DNA of 64,000 nucleotides from Phallusia mammillata (GCA_965637545.1 OZ281494.1:7812001-7876000); one strand, 5' to 3'. Positions 10,534 to 24,300 are shown, counted from the stretch's first letter. Numbers and translations are program-made. The notes: a model not told the origin generated them from the sequence alone.

Positions 10534-11322
10534 ATGGGAGATCGAAAAAAATCACCAATTGAAGAAAGAAAACAACAATACAAGGATTATTTGGACAAAA
10601 CTGACGTGACATCTCAAGTGCGAGAAGCGTTACTAAAGTTAATTGAAAACCAACCAAAAGATCCGATGTTGTTTTTGGCAAACTATTTTGACAACATTTC
10701 GACCAGTGATAAGTCCGACAAAATTACAACAGTGCATCAGATTTTGCAGTTAACACATCATTCGCAACAGTCTTTTCAAACAAACTTAATTGTTGCCTAC
10801 GATGCAGCGAGCCTGGCGAAAAATCCAAATTCCAAAAAGGCGTCGATGAATAGACCTGGGCTGACTGGGAGTGTGTTTGAGGAGCTACTTGCTACAATTT
10901 TGTCAAACGTTCCAAAGAATTTACATGCAACACTGTTAGAACGTATTGGATGCAGAGCTAGTGAAATGGTGCCTTTTGATGTTTTTAGATATTGTATCAC
11001 TGTGTGTTATGTATTTGTTGATTTCGTTAAGTTGTGTGGTAGCATTTTTAGTGTTTTGTGTGGTAAACAGTCTGGCAAGGTCACAGACAAAGACATTTGT
11101 GAGATTGTTATTTCTTCACTTAAAGATGCACTTGATAGTTTACAGGATGATAATTCGCCTTGTTCTATTTTAGAGGCAGCGTATGTTCTCAGGCCAGATA
11201 AATTGGCTTCAAGTTTGTTATCTAACAAAAGTTCAAAAACTGACAAATCAACAATGAATGAAGACGATTTTATGAAAGAAATGATTGATGTGTTTACAAG
11301 CAAAATAAAAGTGCTTAAATGA
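10534..11322 (+). CDS. TPGS1: Tubulin polyglutamylase complex subunit 1-like, single exon, 262 aa
   Basis: N-terminal YL....V...VREALLKLIENQPKDPMLFLANYF dimerisation-like motif and overall size match TPGS1 from memory. Confidence 0.75.
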   Translation: MGDRKKSPIEERKQQYKDYLDKTDVTSQVREALLKLIENQPKDPMLFLANYFDNISTSDKSDKITTVHQILQLTHHSQQSFQTNLIVAYDAASLAKNPNSKKASMNRPGLTGSVFEELLATILSNVPKNLHATLLERIGCRASEMVPFDVFRYCITVCYVFVDFVKLCGSIFSVLCGKQSGKVTDKDICEIVISSLKDALDSLQDDNSPCSILEAAYVLRPDKLASSLLSNKSSKTDKSTMNEDDFMKEMIDVFTSKIKVLK

Positions 11323-11505
11323 TGTTCAATAGACCAAACTAACTCAACCATGGTTAAAATTGTGACATGCGTAGCTGATTTCTGATTTTTTTCCATATAT
11401 TTTGTGTTTAGAATTGCCTGATTTTTTATCCAGTCTTAGTCTTACATATATTTTCTTTTTTTATATTTTTAGGCAAAATACACAATTTTTTAAACAATAA
11501 TAATC

Positions 11506-13426
11506 ATGCTTTCTAGTAATTCTAATTGTGATTCTTCATTTTCATGGAAACATGCAGTGTGTGCTGCTGCCTTTGCAGGTATGTATAACACTTTTCAGTT
11601 AATTATGAACATATATAAATGCCAAAAAAATCATTGCCTGGTTTGTATTTTCCCTAGGTGGTGCTGTGGCAGTTTATAAGTTCTCAAAAGACAGATTGAA
11701 GAATCGCTTGCAGCCTAAGACAAAAGGGGAAACTGATAATCCATACGAGTCTGTCGCCCTTCTTAATCAGTACTTGGCATTTAACTATGGTGGTCCATCA
11801 GTAAATTGTCTTTTTGATGGTCCAAAGGATGGATTTGACTTTCCAAAAGCAACTGCAGATATTTGTGTCAAATACTTCAATCGTGATGTAAGATATTGTT
11901 TATATTTCAATGTTTTGATTTCAATGCCATTTTCAAAATGACAACTCATTATTATTTTGTAGGCATCAATTCCAAGTCGTGCATTAGATATTGGCTGTGC
12001 AGTTGGAAGAGCCTCATTTGAACTTGCACGTGAGTTCCAAGAGGTAATCGGAATAGATTACAGCCATGGTTTTGTGAAAACCTGTGATGTGCTAAAGCAA
12101 GCTGGAAGTATGGAGTATGAAGCACCAGTAGAGGGGGACCTTACTGAAAAACACACAGCAGTGGTACCTAGTGACATTGTAAGTTAATTGTTTGCATTTT
12201 ACTTTCTACATGCGGGGCAAGAAATTTTTATTCCTTCTGTGATCAGAAAATTTGGAATTACCAAAACAAACTGACATTCTGAATGTTAATCTTTGACAAT
12301 TTAGGTATATATGTTTGTTTTATATATGGTGTCATTAAATAGTTTTTCTAAAAAGAAAACATATTGCCCTAAACAAATAATAATACTTTACTAATATATG
12401 TAACAATTTTTGCAAAACTGTTGTGAATAAAATGATTTTTCATCCTAGCTAAAAATCTTTTATTTTTAATCGTAATACTTTGTACATTATGTGTAGGATC
12501 GAACTCGCTGCCATTTTCAAACTGGTGATGCTTGCAATCTTCCTTTAAACTTGGGAAAGTTCGGTTGTGTCCTTGCAGCCAACCTTATCTGTAGATTGCC
12601 TTCTCCAACAGATTTTCTTTTACGTCTGGGAAATCTTGTTGAAACAGGAGGCATATGTGTTATAACAAGTCCATACACATTTATGGATACTTTTACCCCA
12701 AAGGTATGAAACTTCCATGTCCTTAACTGCCATTTTTTAACAAGCTTTTCGGTGTTCGGTAAAAAAAGTCTAAAATTTACATGTTTACCAACATTTGTGT
12801 AACACCAATTTAAAAAAGGGCCAATTTTAGTGTACGGTTAAGATGAAATATATTTATAATGGAATCAGCCCAGAAGTATGCATACAGACCAGCGATCCTG
12901 GCATACTCATTCATAAATCATAGTACCAGGCCCCAGAAGGTGTTATACCGAATCATTTCCGTATGGCAAGACACAGATTAGAAATATGTGGCCAGCAGTG
13001 GGATTCGAACCCACGACAGGTGTCTTCCCTGGACTAGTGTCTACCAAACTGAGCTACACAGGCCGAGTGGTAAACTCACCCAAAGTCTAATTACAGGCAC
13101 CCTGTCTGGTATGTTGTACATTCATAGCAGGGGATCGACAGTTTCCACCATTCATTTTTTTGTTTCAATAAAGGTTATGTGTTTTATAGATATGTTGGTG
13201 ATGTTGAACGTTTTTCTAAACTATGTTTTATGTTTTACAGAACAAGTGGCTTGGTGGTTATGTGGACAAAAATGGGCAAGAAGTTCGAGCCATTGACACC
13301 ATGAAAAGAGTTCTCAGCCCACAATTTGATTTAGTTGATTGCATTGATTTGCCTTTTCTAATTCGGGAAACCGCAAGAAAGCATCAATGGACTGTGGCCC
13401 ATGTTTCAATTTGGAAGCGCAAGTAA
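11506..13426 (+). CDS. Class I SAM methyltransferase resembling the OvoA C-terminal (thiohistidine N-methyltransferase) domain; exons 11506-11578, 11658-11887, 11963-12178, 12497-12703, 13241-13426; 303 aa
   Basis: NPYES..LLNQYLAFNYG, FPKATA, RALDIGCAVGRASFELAR, GIDYS, GDACNL, LAANLICRL, SPYTF, KWLGGY, LPFLIRETARKHQW. Confidence 0.8.
12850..13064 (-). mobile_element. tRNA-derived SINE-like element or tRNA pseudogene in methyltransferase intron 4
   Basis: Head 13064-12989: TAGCTCAGTTTGGT A box, GTGGG-TTCGAAT-CCCAC T arm; anticodon arm does not pair; 3' extent approximate. Confidence 0.55.
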
Positions 13427-14048
13427 AATTATATGAAGTTAAAGCCTGAAGTACAACATTAAAATAATATTATATCTACAGTTGTGTTAATCATCACTTG
13501 AGTAATTTGTGTCAACATCTAGGTAACTGTGCTGTTTAACATGAGATATTACTTAGCTAATCAGATATTGTGTTGTCTTTGATATTACCCAGATGATGTT
13601 TTTGTTTGTGTCAAACCACTCCCTTTTGTGTTGGTAAATAGTTCAAAATTTGTCATGGCAAGGTTAAAGTTGCATATACTGATCTTTACTTTTTCGTTTC
13701 TTACATTTTTGATATAACTCATCAGCAAATTATCTTCATTTTTGTGTGGTGCAATGCAATTGCAGCTATATTTGGTGCTTTTGAATGTATGTTTGGCATT
13801 TTTCGACTATTTAAGATTTTGTTTTGAAATGTTGCAATATACAAAAACTGTTGCGAATAAAAGAAAAACAATGCATGGACAGGTCTCAGTGCAATCTTTG
13901 CAGTAATTGTAGAAACGGCAAAAAATATGAAGAAAAGCTAGGTACACAACGCACGGTATTAAATATTCTAAGTGTCACAAATGTTTTAGACCGCCCCATG
14001 ACAACATCCAGTTGCAACGCATTACGGGCAATTTGTGTCCGTCTAGGA

Positions 14049-14509
14049 CAGGGGTGTCCAACTCGAAAACACCGCCGTGCCAATTTTGGTTTTGAAATAT
14101 GCTTGCGTGCCAACGTTTTGTACTTTTTCCAAACCATGCCTTAAACGTCTTAACGGTATGGGCTCAATCCGAAAATTTTGCCAATATGTAAAACCCTTTT
14201 AAGTAATTAGAAAAAAAATATGACGTCCAATGCGAGTAAACTTGTTTATGATACTCCAGAAACCTTTCATTCCGTTTATGCGACACAAGATACAAATAGT
14301 TTGCAACGGAGCTCAAAAAACGAGCAATTTAATTAGTGGGTTTGTGTAACTTTGATACTGATATCTTTACTGAATTTAAAATAAAGGCCAAGAAGAATCA
14401 ATAGAAAAAAAATTAATTGCCTGACAAATCCTACTGTTTACCACCAGAATGTGCAAAAGCTTGCGTGCCATTTTCAAATGCTCTGCGTGCCACGTGTTGG
14501 ACACCCCTG
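14049..14509. mobile_element. hAT/Buster(Charlie)-like MITE
   Basis: TIR caggggtgtccaac/gttggacacccctg; partial TSD gtctagga/gtctatat. Confidence 0.8.
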
Positions 14510-14562
14510 GTCTATATAGGCTCTAATGCTGCAGACGCTATTGTGTTGTTATTGTTCTAGTG

Positions 14563-14630
14563 CAGGGGTGGGAAACCTTGGTCACTGTGGGGCCAGATAC
14601 ACTTGCGATAAATAGATCGCGGGCCGCACC
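14563..14630. mobile_element. One end of a second Charlie-like MITE
   Basis: caggggtgggaaacctt followed by gcgggccgca, a motif also inside 37304-37777; other end not found. Confidence 0.35.
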
Positions 14631-15123
14631 TTTATATAACACAAGGTGATTTTACTTCGTTGCATACCAAAAATGCCTTACTACAAGTAAAATTCGCATT
14701 TGATTCTAACAGCATATTGTCAGGTCGTCGCTACAATATAGTATTTTTTAATGGAGTACAGTAATTAAAAATAGGTCTTGGTTATTTTGTAATGCAAAAT
14801 GGTTTCTTGCATGTTGTATACATCCACTAAAAAGAAATTAAATATATAAAAGTTAAATTATTGATGTTAAATAGGAATCTGTTCTGTGTTACTATACTAG
14901 ATTCCAGAATGCAATTTTTTTTTTTTTTACTTGTTGTGGTTAATTATTAACATTTTATCGCTCAGCTGGTGTAGTACCAGACAAATTACTCGTCTTTTGT
15001 TATAAAACTAGCTAATTATTATGTCTATGACTTATGTTTTAAAAGAAGTAAAAAAGTTTTAAAAGACGTGTCCACTCAAGCGTTACATTGGATTGTGACG
15101 TCGGTCCGCTTTCACTGGGGCGC

Positions 15124-15139
15124 GGCGGCAAATTTTGAA
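15124..15139 (+). promoter_or_regulatory. CDE/CHR-like cell-cycle promoter element upstream of BUB1
   Basis: GGCGGC-aaat-TTTGAA with 4-nt spacer, ~230 nt before the ATG; second TTTGAA at 15308-15313. Confidence 0.55.
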
Positions 15140-15370
15140 AAAAAGTCTTAGCTGTGTTTCTCGGCAAACCTTTTTAGGGGTAGATTACACCAAAGTTACC
15201 GATGTTAAAGGTTTTGTGTTGTTTTATGTAAAATAAGTTAGCCATTCAGATTAGGCCAGCGGCCTAAAAAAGTGCGTACTGCAAGCAACGTATTGCAAGT
15301 CACGTTTTGAAGAGAAGCTTCCACAATTGATTATATAGACAGCTTTGAAGTTTTTTGAACATTGTGTGCA

Positions 15371-18300
15371 ATGGAGTACGATGAACAAGCTGATGTTATG
15401 TTGGAAGCAAGCAAAGAGAATGTTCAGCCATTGAGAACTGGACGGAACATGAATTGCTTGAAAGCAGCTTTAAAGGTATTTTATAGTTTAAAGTCTTTGA
15501 ATTTGAACCTAGCATATTTGCTGACTATATTTTATCATAGACATATTCAGATTTATCATTGTGCATTTTCTTTTTTTAAATTCCACTGTCTATTTTGCTG
15601 ACATAGTTACACTTACTCAAAAGTATTGACTGAAAATACTGTTACAGCCAAGTGAAGAAGACCTGCAAGTTTTAAGGAAAGAACACCAAAGGTTTGAAGA
15701 AGATATATTGGCTGGCGAAAATTCTACAGACCCTATTGATGCCTGGGATAAGTATGTGTTGCATAAACTGTACAGTTTTTGTATGAATTTAAAGTTGTTT
15801 TTTGGCATGCAATGTGTTGATGTTGAAGGAGTATGTTAAGATCTCATTAATCATGTTTATAAACACAGATACTTAAAATGGACAAAACAGCACCTGACCA
15901 CTGGAGAAAACACAAAAACCTACGAACAACTTTTGCAGAAATACATCAACAAATTTTTTCGTGTTGAAAGATACAAGTATGCTGTAATTTTTATGTAGTC
16001 AGTGGAAATTTTTAATACAGGATAGCAACTATAAATTGTATAAATAACCTATCTTATGCATATGAAGTGTTAAATGCCTTCTACAAGCAAATACACAAAA
16101 CAACTTTGTTTGACAGAAATGACTCTAGATATGTCAGTGCATGGCTTAACATGGCCCAACTCCAAAATGAGACCAAAAGTTATTTTCGAGCTATGCTAAG
16201 TGAAGGGATTGGAACCACCTATGCACCATTGTACGTTATCTGGGCAGAAGAGAATGAAAAAAATGGAAAGTTTAAAAGTGCTGATCAAATTTACAACCTA
16301 GCAGAAAAGAATGGTGCTGAACCAAAGGAGTATCTTCAAAAAATGAGAAAGTTAGTAAATATGTTAATTGCTACCTATTAACCAGTAATTCTTAACATGT
16401 GAACCACAGCACACTAGCGCTAAGAGATTTCCAAGCATGTTGTAAAATATTTAATATTATAAAGGATAATTCTGGTATTTTTTTACTATGTGTCAAAATG
16501 GGAACATGCATAACAACTTATAAAACACTGTTTTTCCTTGTTTTTGTTTTTTTAAAAAGCAGTCTTACACATAAAGTTGCAAATTAACTTTTGTATAGTT
16601 AGCATACAAAGAATGTTACAAAACGAAAACAAAGAAAGCAAATTTTGTAACAAATTAATTTCTCAAAACTGTTCAAAAACAAAGCCTTGATAAGTTCCTT
16701 GTCAGTGTACTTGTTGTTGCTAGTGTGTGTGTGTATGGCACTGTAGTGATGGGACGGGTACTCGGTATCGATGATATCAAACGATTTCAGTGGTATCGAT
16801 ACTCGTACTCTGTATCAAAATATTTTGTCTCAGTTTTCAATACACACATGTGAATACTGAAGGTCGGTTTACACCATAAGAATACAGGCAACTTTTTGCC
16901 CATATTTGCTTCGTATAGCACAAAATGGGAAAAAAGTTCTGCCGAGTTACTTATATTTTTTCCCTATCGTATTGAGATTACATTTTTCTGCATGTGTGTG
17001 TGCACACCTGCACCCCGACCATGGCAGATAAATTAGCCAATGATATACAACTTAGTACAACACTGTACTTAAGTACTTGGTATCGAAGGTATATACATGT
17101 TGTACTCGCTTCAAAACCTGGTATCGTCCCATCACTATGGCATTGTAAAAGTAATTTGGACAACAGTAGGTGCATTGCATTTCATCTCAAAACTACATTT
17201 TTACCTTAGTTAACTTTAAGTTAAAAACCTCTGACTTGGTCCTTAACAGCTTTTTTTTCTCTTTTAGTGCTTTCCAAATGAGAGTAGCTCGTGCTTCATC
17301 TAAGCAACTGGAGCAGATGCAAAACCTTGATGAGCCAGAAACCATGACGCAACAAAGAGGGTTTGTTTTACTTTTGCTACTATTTTTACTCTTTAACTTT
17401 AAACTCATCCACAAAATGATTTAAATTGTAATAAAATACCTGCTACACTGTGGGCATTTTTGTGATAATATTTTGCAAATTAGAAATGACCAACGAAAGG
17501 CCCTTGGCACATTGTCTGGCCGAGGAACAAGAAAAGCAGTTGGGACCACAAGAACTGGACATGTAGTAGCAGGTAGTGTGTGAAACCTTGTCTGTAGAAC
17601 ATGTTTATACATGTAAACCACTGACAATGTGAACTGTTTCAGCCTATAAAAACTTATTAGTGCAGCTGGTGAAATTGGATGTATTTGCTTGCAGACATTG
17701 GTCATATAAGTCAATACTAGCAGGGCATATAGGATCCTTTCAGTTTAAACAGTGTGCACTCACTGCAGCTTACTTATAATGCAATTGCCCAATGCTTTCA
17801 TGCCCATTCATACAAAATTGCTTTGTTGTAAATAGGACCAACATCAGTTAAGCAGACGACACAGTTGCAGCAGCCCAAAGCACAGAAGAACTCAAAACTG
17901 CTCATATACAATGATGCTAATGAGGAAACAGATCAAATCACTGGTGGTTCTGGTTGGGCTGAATTGCCGGACAAAAAGAGGGCTGCAAAAGAAAACCTGA
18001 TCAATGACCCAAAAATGTGGAAAGGGGAAAAGGTACAGAAGATTGCCTAACTTTGTTATATTATAGATGCAAGTAAAGGAAGTTTGTGGGTATTATATAT
18101 TACAGGTTAAGCAAAAACCTAGGTCAACAGCATTAACTGTAAAGGTTCCACCTCCTGTTGCTTCCACTTCATTTGCAATTTATCAAGAAGAAACACCAGA
18201 GAATAGTGCCACAGGTGGGATATTAAAACAACAAGCAACCCTTGAGATTTTGGACTTGGTCACTTAAATGTTTATACATTTTTTTGGAATTTTAGGTGAA

Positions 18301-21300
18301 AATCTTTGCCCACCATCTGCTCGTAAAGTTTGTCCTAACGTTGAAAAGATTCTAACTGACCGAAAAATTAATCCTTTTGAGGAATCAGATTTCCACAAAA
18401 GAATCAGAGAGAGTTATGGCGATAAAGATTCTAATGTGGTGAGTTGCTTTTCTTATTCTGTACAAGGCTTGTTGGTAGGAATTCAATGGGAAATTGTGTT
18501 GTAAGATGTACCTAATTTTCGCTGTTTGATTTTTTTGTCAGATCCGTATGTATCCTGTGGACAAAGTTTATTCTGTAATGGGGGAATTTTCGCCTGAAGA
18601 GATCATGGCAGCAAAGTGGAGAAAGCGGAAGAGAGAACGCGAGGAAAAAGAGAAAATTGAAAGTAGGTCTTTAAACTTGTTACGTGGTTGACATTATCAG
18701 GTCCGTATCAGTTTTTCTCATCCAGGAAGGTGCTTTTCGGGGGGCCACAAGTGTAGGCACTCATCATAATAGTATAAATCTACAGACTTGAGCACCTTTA
18801 GGTTGTCCAAATTACTTTCTTGGGCATTCTCATGTTTTATCTTTCAATTCCTTTGTAGGAGAATTGGAAGAGAAACGGAGACAGGAAGAGCAAACAAGGC
18901 GAGAAAAAGAGATGCTAGAGGAAAAGCTTTTAAGAAGAGAAGATCAATTAAAACAGCTTATTCAACTGGTTGAAGAAAAAGTAAATTCAAGAAATCTTTT
19001 ACACTGACATCACATCACCAACTTTGGATTTCATGTTGAAAGTAGTCAACAATACAAAAACTATTCACCAAATTGCTTACAGTGGTCAATAAAAATATAT
19101 ACAGCCCAATTTTCCTTGTCACTAAATTCTTTTTTAACTGTCTACATTTATTTTAGTCCCCCCTCTCATTTGCTTATTTCTATTCTTGTGGCGCCAACGC
19201 CCTTATTTTTTCCATGGGGTGTTTCAATTGTCTGAATGTTTTTCTTTTTTTAGGATCTTATGGAAACAGATGAACCCATTGCAGACACGAATACTGAGAT
19301 GACTGTTAAGTTGAACAGTGTCTATTCAAAAGTTTTGCAAAGAAAGAATCTACAGCTACAAAATAGGCCAATGCCACAACAAATCAAAGGAGAAATGGAA
19401 CTAGCACACGAAGAAGTTGCTGAAGAGGTGGAATTTATGAATGGTATGTCACAGAATGCAAGTGTTAAGTTTTGTCTTAAATGCTAAGTAAATGAAAAGT
19501 ATTTGTCTATTTTGTGCCTCATACTAAGATTATTATGCACCCCGTGTTTTGTACCAGTTTGATACACTTTTTATAGGAGTTCACATTTCAATGTGTTCAA
19601 TACTTTCCAAGGGTGGGGAAATAATTTTTGCTGTTGCTAAAACTTGAAATAAGCATTACAATGCGGCAACTTTTGGTTTTGTATGCAGATGATGTAAAAG
19701 TGTTGCCACTACCCGAAGCAGAAGAGATTGCAATGCGAGATTACAGTCAAACATCACTAAGTAACTCTCTAAATCGTTCGAAACTCACCCAACCATCACC
19801 AACTATCTTCACCAAGGAGGCAATTGGTAAGTTATACTTATTCTTGTAAGGCTACAAAATTAAACAGAAAATATGTTTTGTAGTGACAAGCATTTGAATT
19901 AGTGATGGGCCGAGCCGAGCCCGAACCCGAGTACTAGGTACCGAGCATCGCTGTTTTTAATGCTCGGTGCTCGACCAAACAGTTTTGGCACATCCCTAAT
20001 TTGAATATCATGATTATAAGTTTTGGCATTGTGCAAGTACTAGATACAGATGGTTCTTTAAATGTGGTAACTGATTTGAGCTTCATGTATAACCTTTAAA
20101 AACTCTTTATAGAGGCTTGTTGTCATACCTTATTTTCCGACTAAGCATCAAATACAGTAATGTTGTTCTGGAAACAAATCAAAATTATCTAATGTCGACT
20201 ACAACAAACTTATGTCAAAACTTGTATCTTTATGTCATTTAACTACTGAATACTGTGTTAAAAAACTGTACTAATCCGACTTTCTGACATTTTTTGCAGG
20301 TGAAATTAATGGCATGTTTCAAATGCCGCTAACAAACACTGGAGCATCAGTTTTGACTGATTCTGTGTACGGTGGTGACAATGAAGTAAGTATGATGCCA
20401 CTGGCAGAACCAGTTGACAAACCAGCCTTTGAAATCTTCTGTGACGATGAAACTGATGAGCAACAGATGCCATTGAAGTTCAACATATTCAAAGACGACG
20501 ACAAATCAGAAGATTCTGAAAACATGTAAATACTTTTTGTTGAACTTTAAAGGAAGTGTTGTTTGAAGCTGATTTTAATTGTACAAACAATACCATTACT
20601 TGTTGTTGTTAAGAAAGCCTGTTGAAGTTATGTTTAAAAACATATCACAGTATCCCAGACCAAGGGCAAGTGTTTGATATTTTCCAAATTCTAAATTACC
20701 GTGTTTGGCAAGTGTGTAAGAATTTACATCTCGATAGGTTTATTAATTGCAACTTTCTGACTCTTATTCATTTCGAATTATGTTTAATCACAAGAAAATC
20801 ACAAGAAAAACAACCACCTTCCTAAAATAATGAAACACAATACAGAAAGCAACTGTTTAAACTCCAACACTTTAGCAAATGGTCTTGATAGGGTGTTGTT
20901 TATGGAAAATAAACTAATATTGGTGGGATATATTTTTGCAGCCCAACTCCCGGTTATGTGTCTCCACCAAAGCGACATAATTTGTCAGGAATCTTGCAAC
21001 CTGCTGTCGGATTTGAGCTAGCTGACCCTGATGAAGATAGCCAGGAAGAAGTAAGTTCGGTCTGTGTATTTTGAAACCAACTCGTACTGCAAACTAAACA
21101 AAGTTGCAATGTAAAAAGGAAATCGAATTGACTAGTTAACATTCTCAGGAATTTTATTAAGACTTGGTGGAGCAAAGGCTTTGTTTTTGGCAGGAGTCAG
21201 AGTCAGTTTACGCAAAATTAGGTAGAGTCTGCCTGTCTGAGTCTTTTTTCCTTTTTCACCTAAATCAAATTACTATCCTGTTCAAAACCTTTGTAGGCGT

Positions 21301-24300
21301 ATGCCTCTTTTCTATCATAACGGCATGCCCCAGTTGCAAAAATAGAAACAAAACATTGTTTTCATGGGTCAAGCAAGAGACAGCTTTGATCGGATAATGA
21401 AACCAGCGGCAACCATAACCCAACATAATTTGTGAACAGGGTTTACTTTTTGTCATGATTTCCCACGTAATATCTCACAGTAAAGTCATTAGGAACTGCT
21501 ACCATTGTCCTTGTGGTTACAGGAAGATGACAACATTGTAGGCGTCGAACCACTTCTCACCGTAGAACCTGCTCCAACTTTTCTTGATGATGTTACAATT
21601 GCTGCGGGCCAAAATCTACTGGGAGAAACTAATCTACCCCTAAATCAACTGCAAGGTACAGAAAAGTTTTAAACCACGATTGCAACCCATTACAAAATGA
21701 CAAACAGCACAAGTGTTATTTACCATGCAATAAAATTGATATGCTCAGTTTGTACATATAACTTAGGTGCACAACTCAAAACTTTTTTTACACTATGCTT
21801 TATTTTATCATACAATTGTCATATGTTTCAAAACAATGAAAGAAAATAAGAAAAGCATTCGACTGAAGGGCAAGTTCATGAACTGTTTAGTCACAGTACC
21901 TGTTTTTACAGAGGCTATTTCAGACCAGTGGAGGCCAATATTTTGCCTGTGGGTCCCATGTGGTCACCCTTTAAGGATACCAATTTGTGAAAATGTTTAG
22001 TAATTGTTTCTCACATATATGGTATTTGCATGCAGACATTCCATGCACTTCATCCAACAATTTGACCAACTCATACCAAGCCAACAGGTCGGCAATGTCA
22101 ACAACCAACAAGTTTGACGACTCAATACAAATTAACTTTGGAAACAGGAACAAAATTTCGGCAGAAAGCACTACATATTGGCAGGTACAGTGTTCTTCTC
22201 ATTATTATTTTACAAAACAGAGCTGATGGTTTCTTAACTTATTTTACACGCACATTCCAGGGTTCTGCCATACACGATGTTACGAAACAAGATGTAATTG
22301 AAAAGACTGTAAATCAGCCGCAAGAGGTCACCAGTGAGGCAAACTGCACGGAAATTGGTAACCAGCAGCAGGGTGTAAAGAAATTAAGGTTGGTTTAATC
22401 TAAATGAACAAAAATGTTTTGCTCATGCTATAATACAGTGCGTGGCTAAGTGTGTTATGACGTCATTAGCATACGTAACGAGTGTAGTGGTTGGTATTCT
22501 TTGAAAGTATAATCAAAATACCAGAGTGCTGGTATATGGTTAAGCCATTTTGTTGCAGACGTTTTACCAATTGCTGTTGTTTCTTTAAGTGCCAGGTAAT
22601 TTTCAAATGTATGCAACATTATGTATTTTCGACATAGCCTCCCGAAAATTTTGACTTTTTGTAAGATAGCTTTCCAGCGCATGACCAGTGTTTCTAAAAA
22701 GAAAAAAACGTCTTCTCTAAGCAATTTGGCTGAGATGAAGTTACTGATGTCTAGAACTCCAACGAAAAATATCGTCACTGACCAAATTACTAACCTATAC
22801 AAGTCCAAGCGATTTTGAATCCTTCATTATTGTGTTTAGTCCCATTCTGGAGGCAAGTTACGAATACGAGAAGTCGGTCCAATCCAGATCCCGCTTGACG
22901 TCTTCCGAAACGGACGGACAGGCCAGCGTTGCCATAACAACCACCGGCAAGTCATTCATTCACCCGCCCACCATTAATCGCAAGCCATTAGGCGAGCTGT
23001 CAGCAATCACATATGACCCTATGAAAACTTCCACGGCACCGACCATGTACGAGATGGGTAAGTTGATTCTCGTTTAGCTGTGATATTGGCTACATTATCT
23101 TTTGACTGGTGACCGTTATAGTTTCAAAGGAAAGTTGCTGAGAAGTCGGTGTAAAATTTGAACACATACAAATGATAACTATATGTGGATAGAGATTGTA
23201 AACGGATCCAAAATTAGAGCCCGAGGCCCTTCCCAGACCTCGTTTTTATTAAGCCGAAAGTTTTATTGACAGGCCTATAATAAAAAGATACACAATGTAC
23301 AACAAGAGGCAATGGCTTAAACAAGACGTTTAAATGCTGTTGGTCATTAGGTTTAGTCCAAACTAGGGATGTGCCAAAACCGCAAATGTTCTGTTTGGTC
23401 GAGCACCGAGCATCTCACTTTAATGCTCGGTGCATTATGACGTCACAAAATCCCCTTTCTACGTTTTAGCTCTACGAGGCCTCTTACGTCACCGGCGGTG
23501 TTTTATTAAGCTGTATGTCCATAAAGTACGTGTTTTTTCATCATCTAGTGCATTTGAAAAATCATTCGTTTTTGTTCATAGATGCCCTTTAGAACACTAG
23601 TTACCTATGTTAGCAGGGCATGAATATGCAAATTTAACGCTCGGGTCAGTTTGTGCAACTGTTCGGCCGAGCACCGAGCATTAAAAACAGCGATGCTCGG
23701 TACCGAGTACTCGGGTTCTGGCTCGGCTCGGCGCATCCCTAGTCCAAACAACAACTAGCTACAAAGATAGAAGTTTATATTGTGCCTTAGTTATCATATT
23801 CAATGCCTATCGTATTGATTGGACTATATTTTTTTCGACATCATATACTAAACGCATACATGACAAATCCTTACAATGCCTTTTTCATGACATTTGTCGG
23901 CGAAAAATTACTAAGCGAACGAAGAGATTAAAGAAAAAGCTGTACCATGATGTATACTATAAACATGCACAGTCGTCCCAAACAGTGATACTATTACACT
24001 ATTACAGCTATTATAAAAACCACATCCTGCATTTTTCGATACAGAGCCCGAGTTTTCTTCGTTTATGCCTCATCAAGGGATTAGCAAACTTCAGTTACAT
24101 AATGACAACGACGAAACAACAACGGCATATTCCCCTATGTTTTTCCCAGTGCTGAATAACACAAGTATTCACCCAATTGAACTCAACCCTGATGCCATCA
24201 TGGAAGACGAGCTATGCGATCAGATGTCAACTAGTAAGTTAAAAAATTGTTAAAACGGCTGTTTCTCATTCTCAAATATGTTGAATACCTTGTTTGGGTA

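Noticed and set aside
10797-11396. Antisense and alternative-frame ORFs over TPGS1
   Set aside because: Expected shadows of a real CDS, no independent features
12989-13064. Functional tRNA gene
   Set aside because: Anticodon stem does not pair and the acceptor stem has mismatches
12988-13296. 102-aa ORF MASSGIRTHDR
   Set aside because: Non-ATG start; reverse complement of the tRNA-like element plus intron sequence
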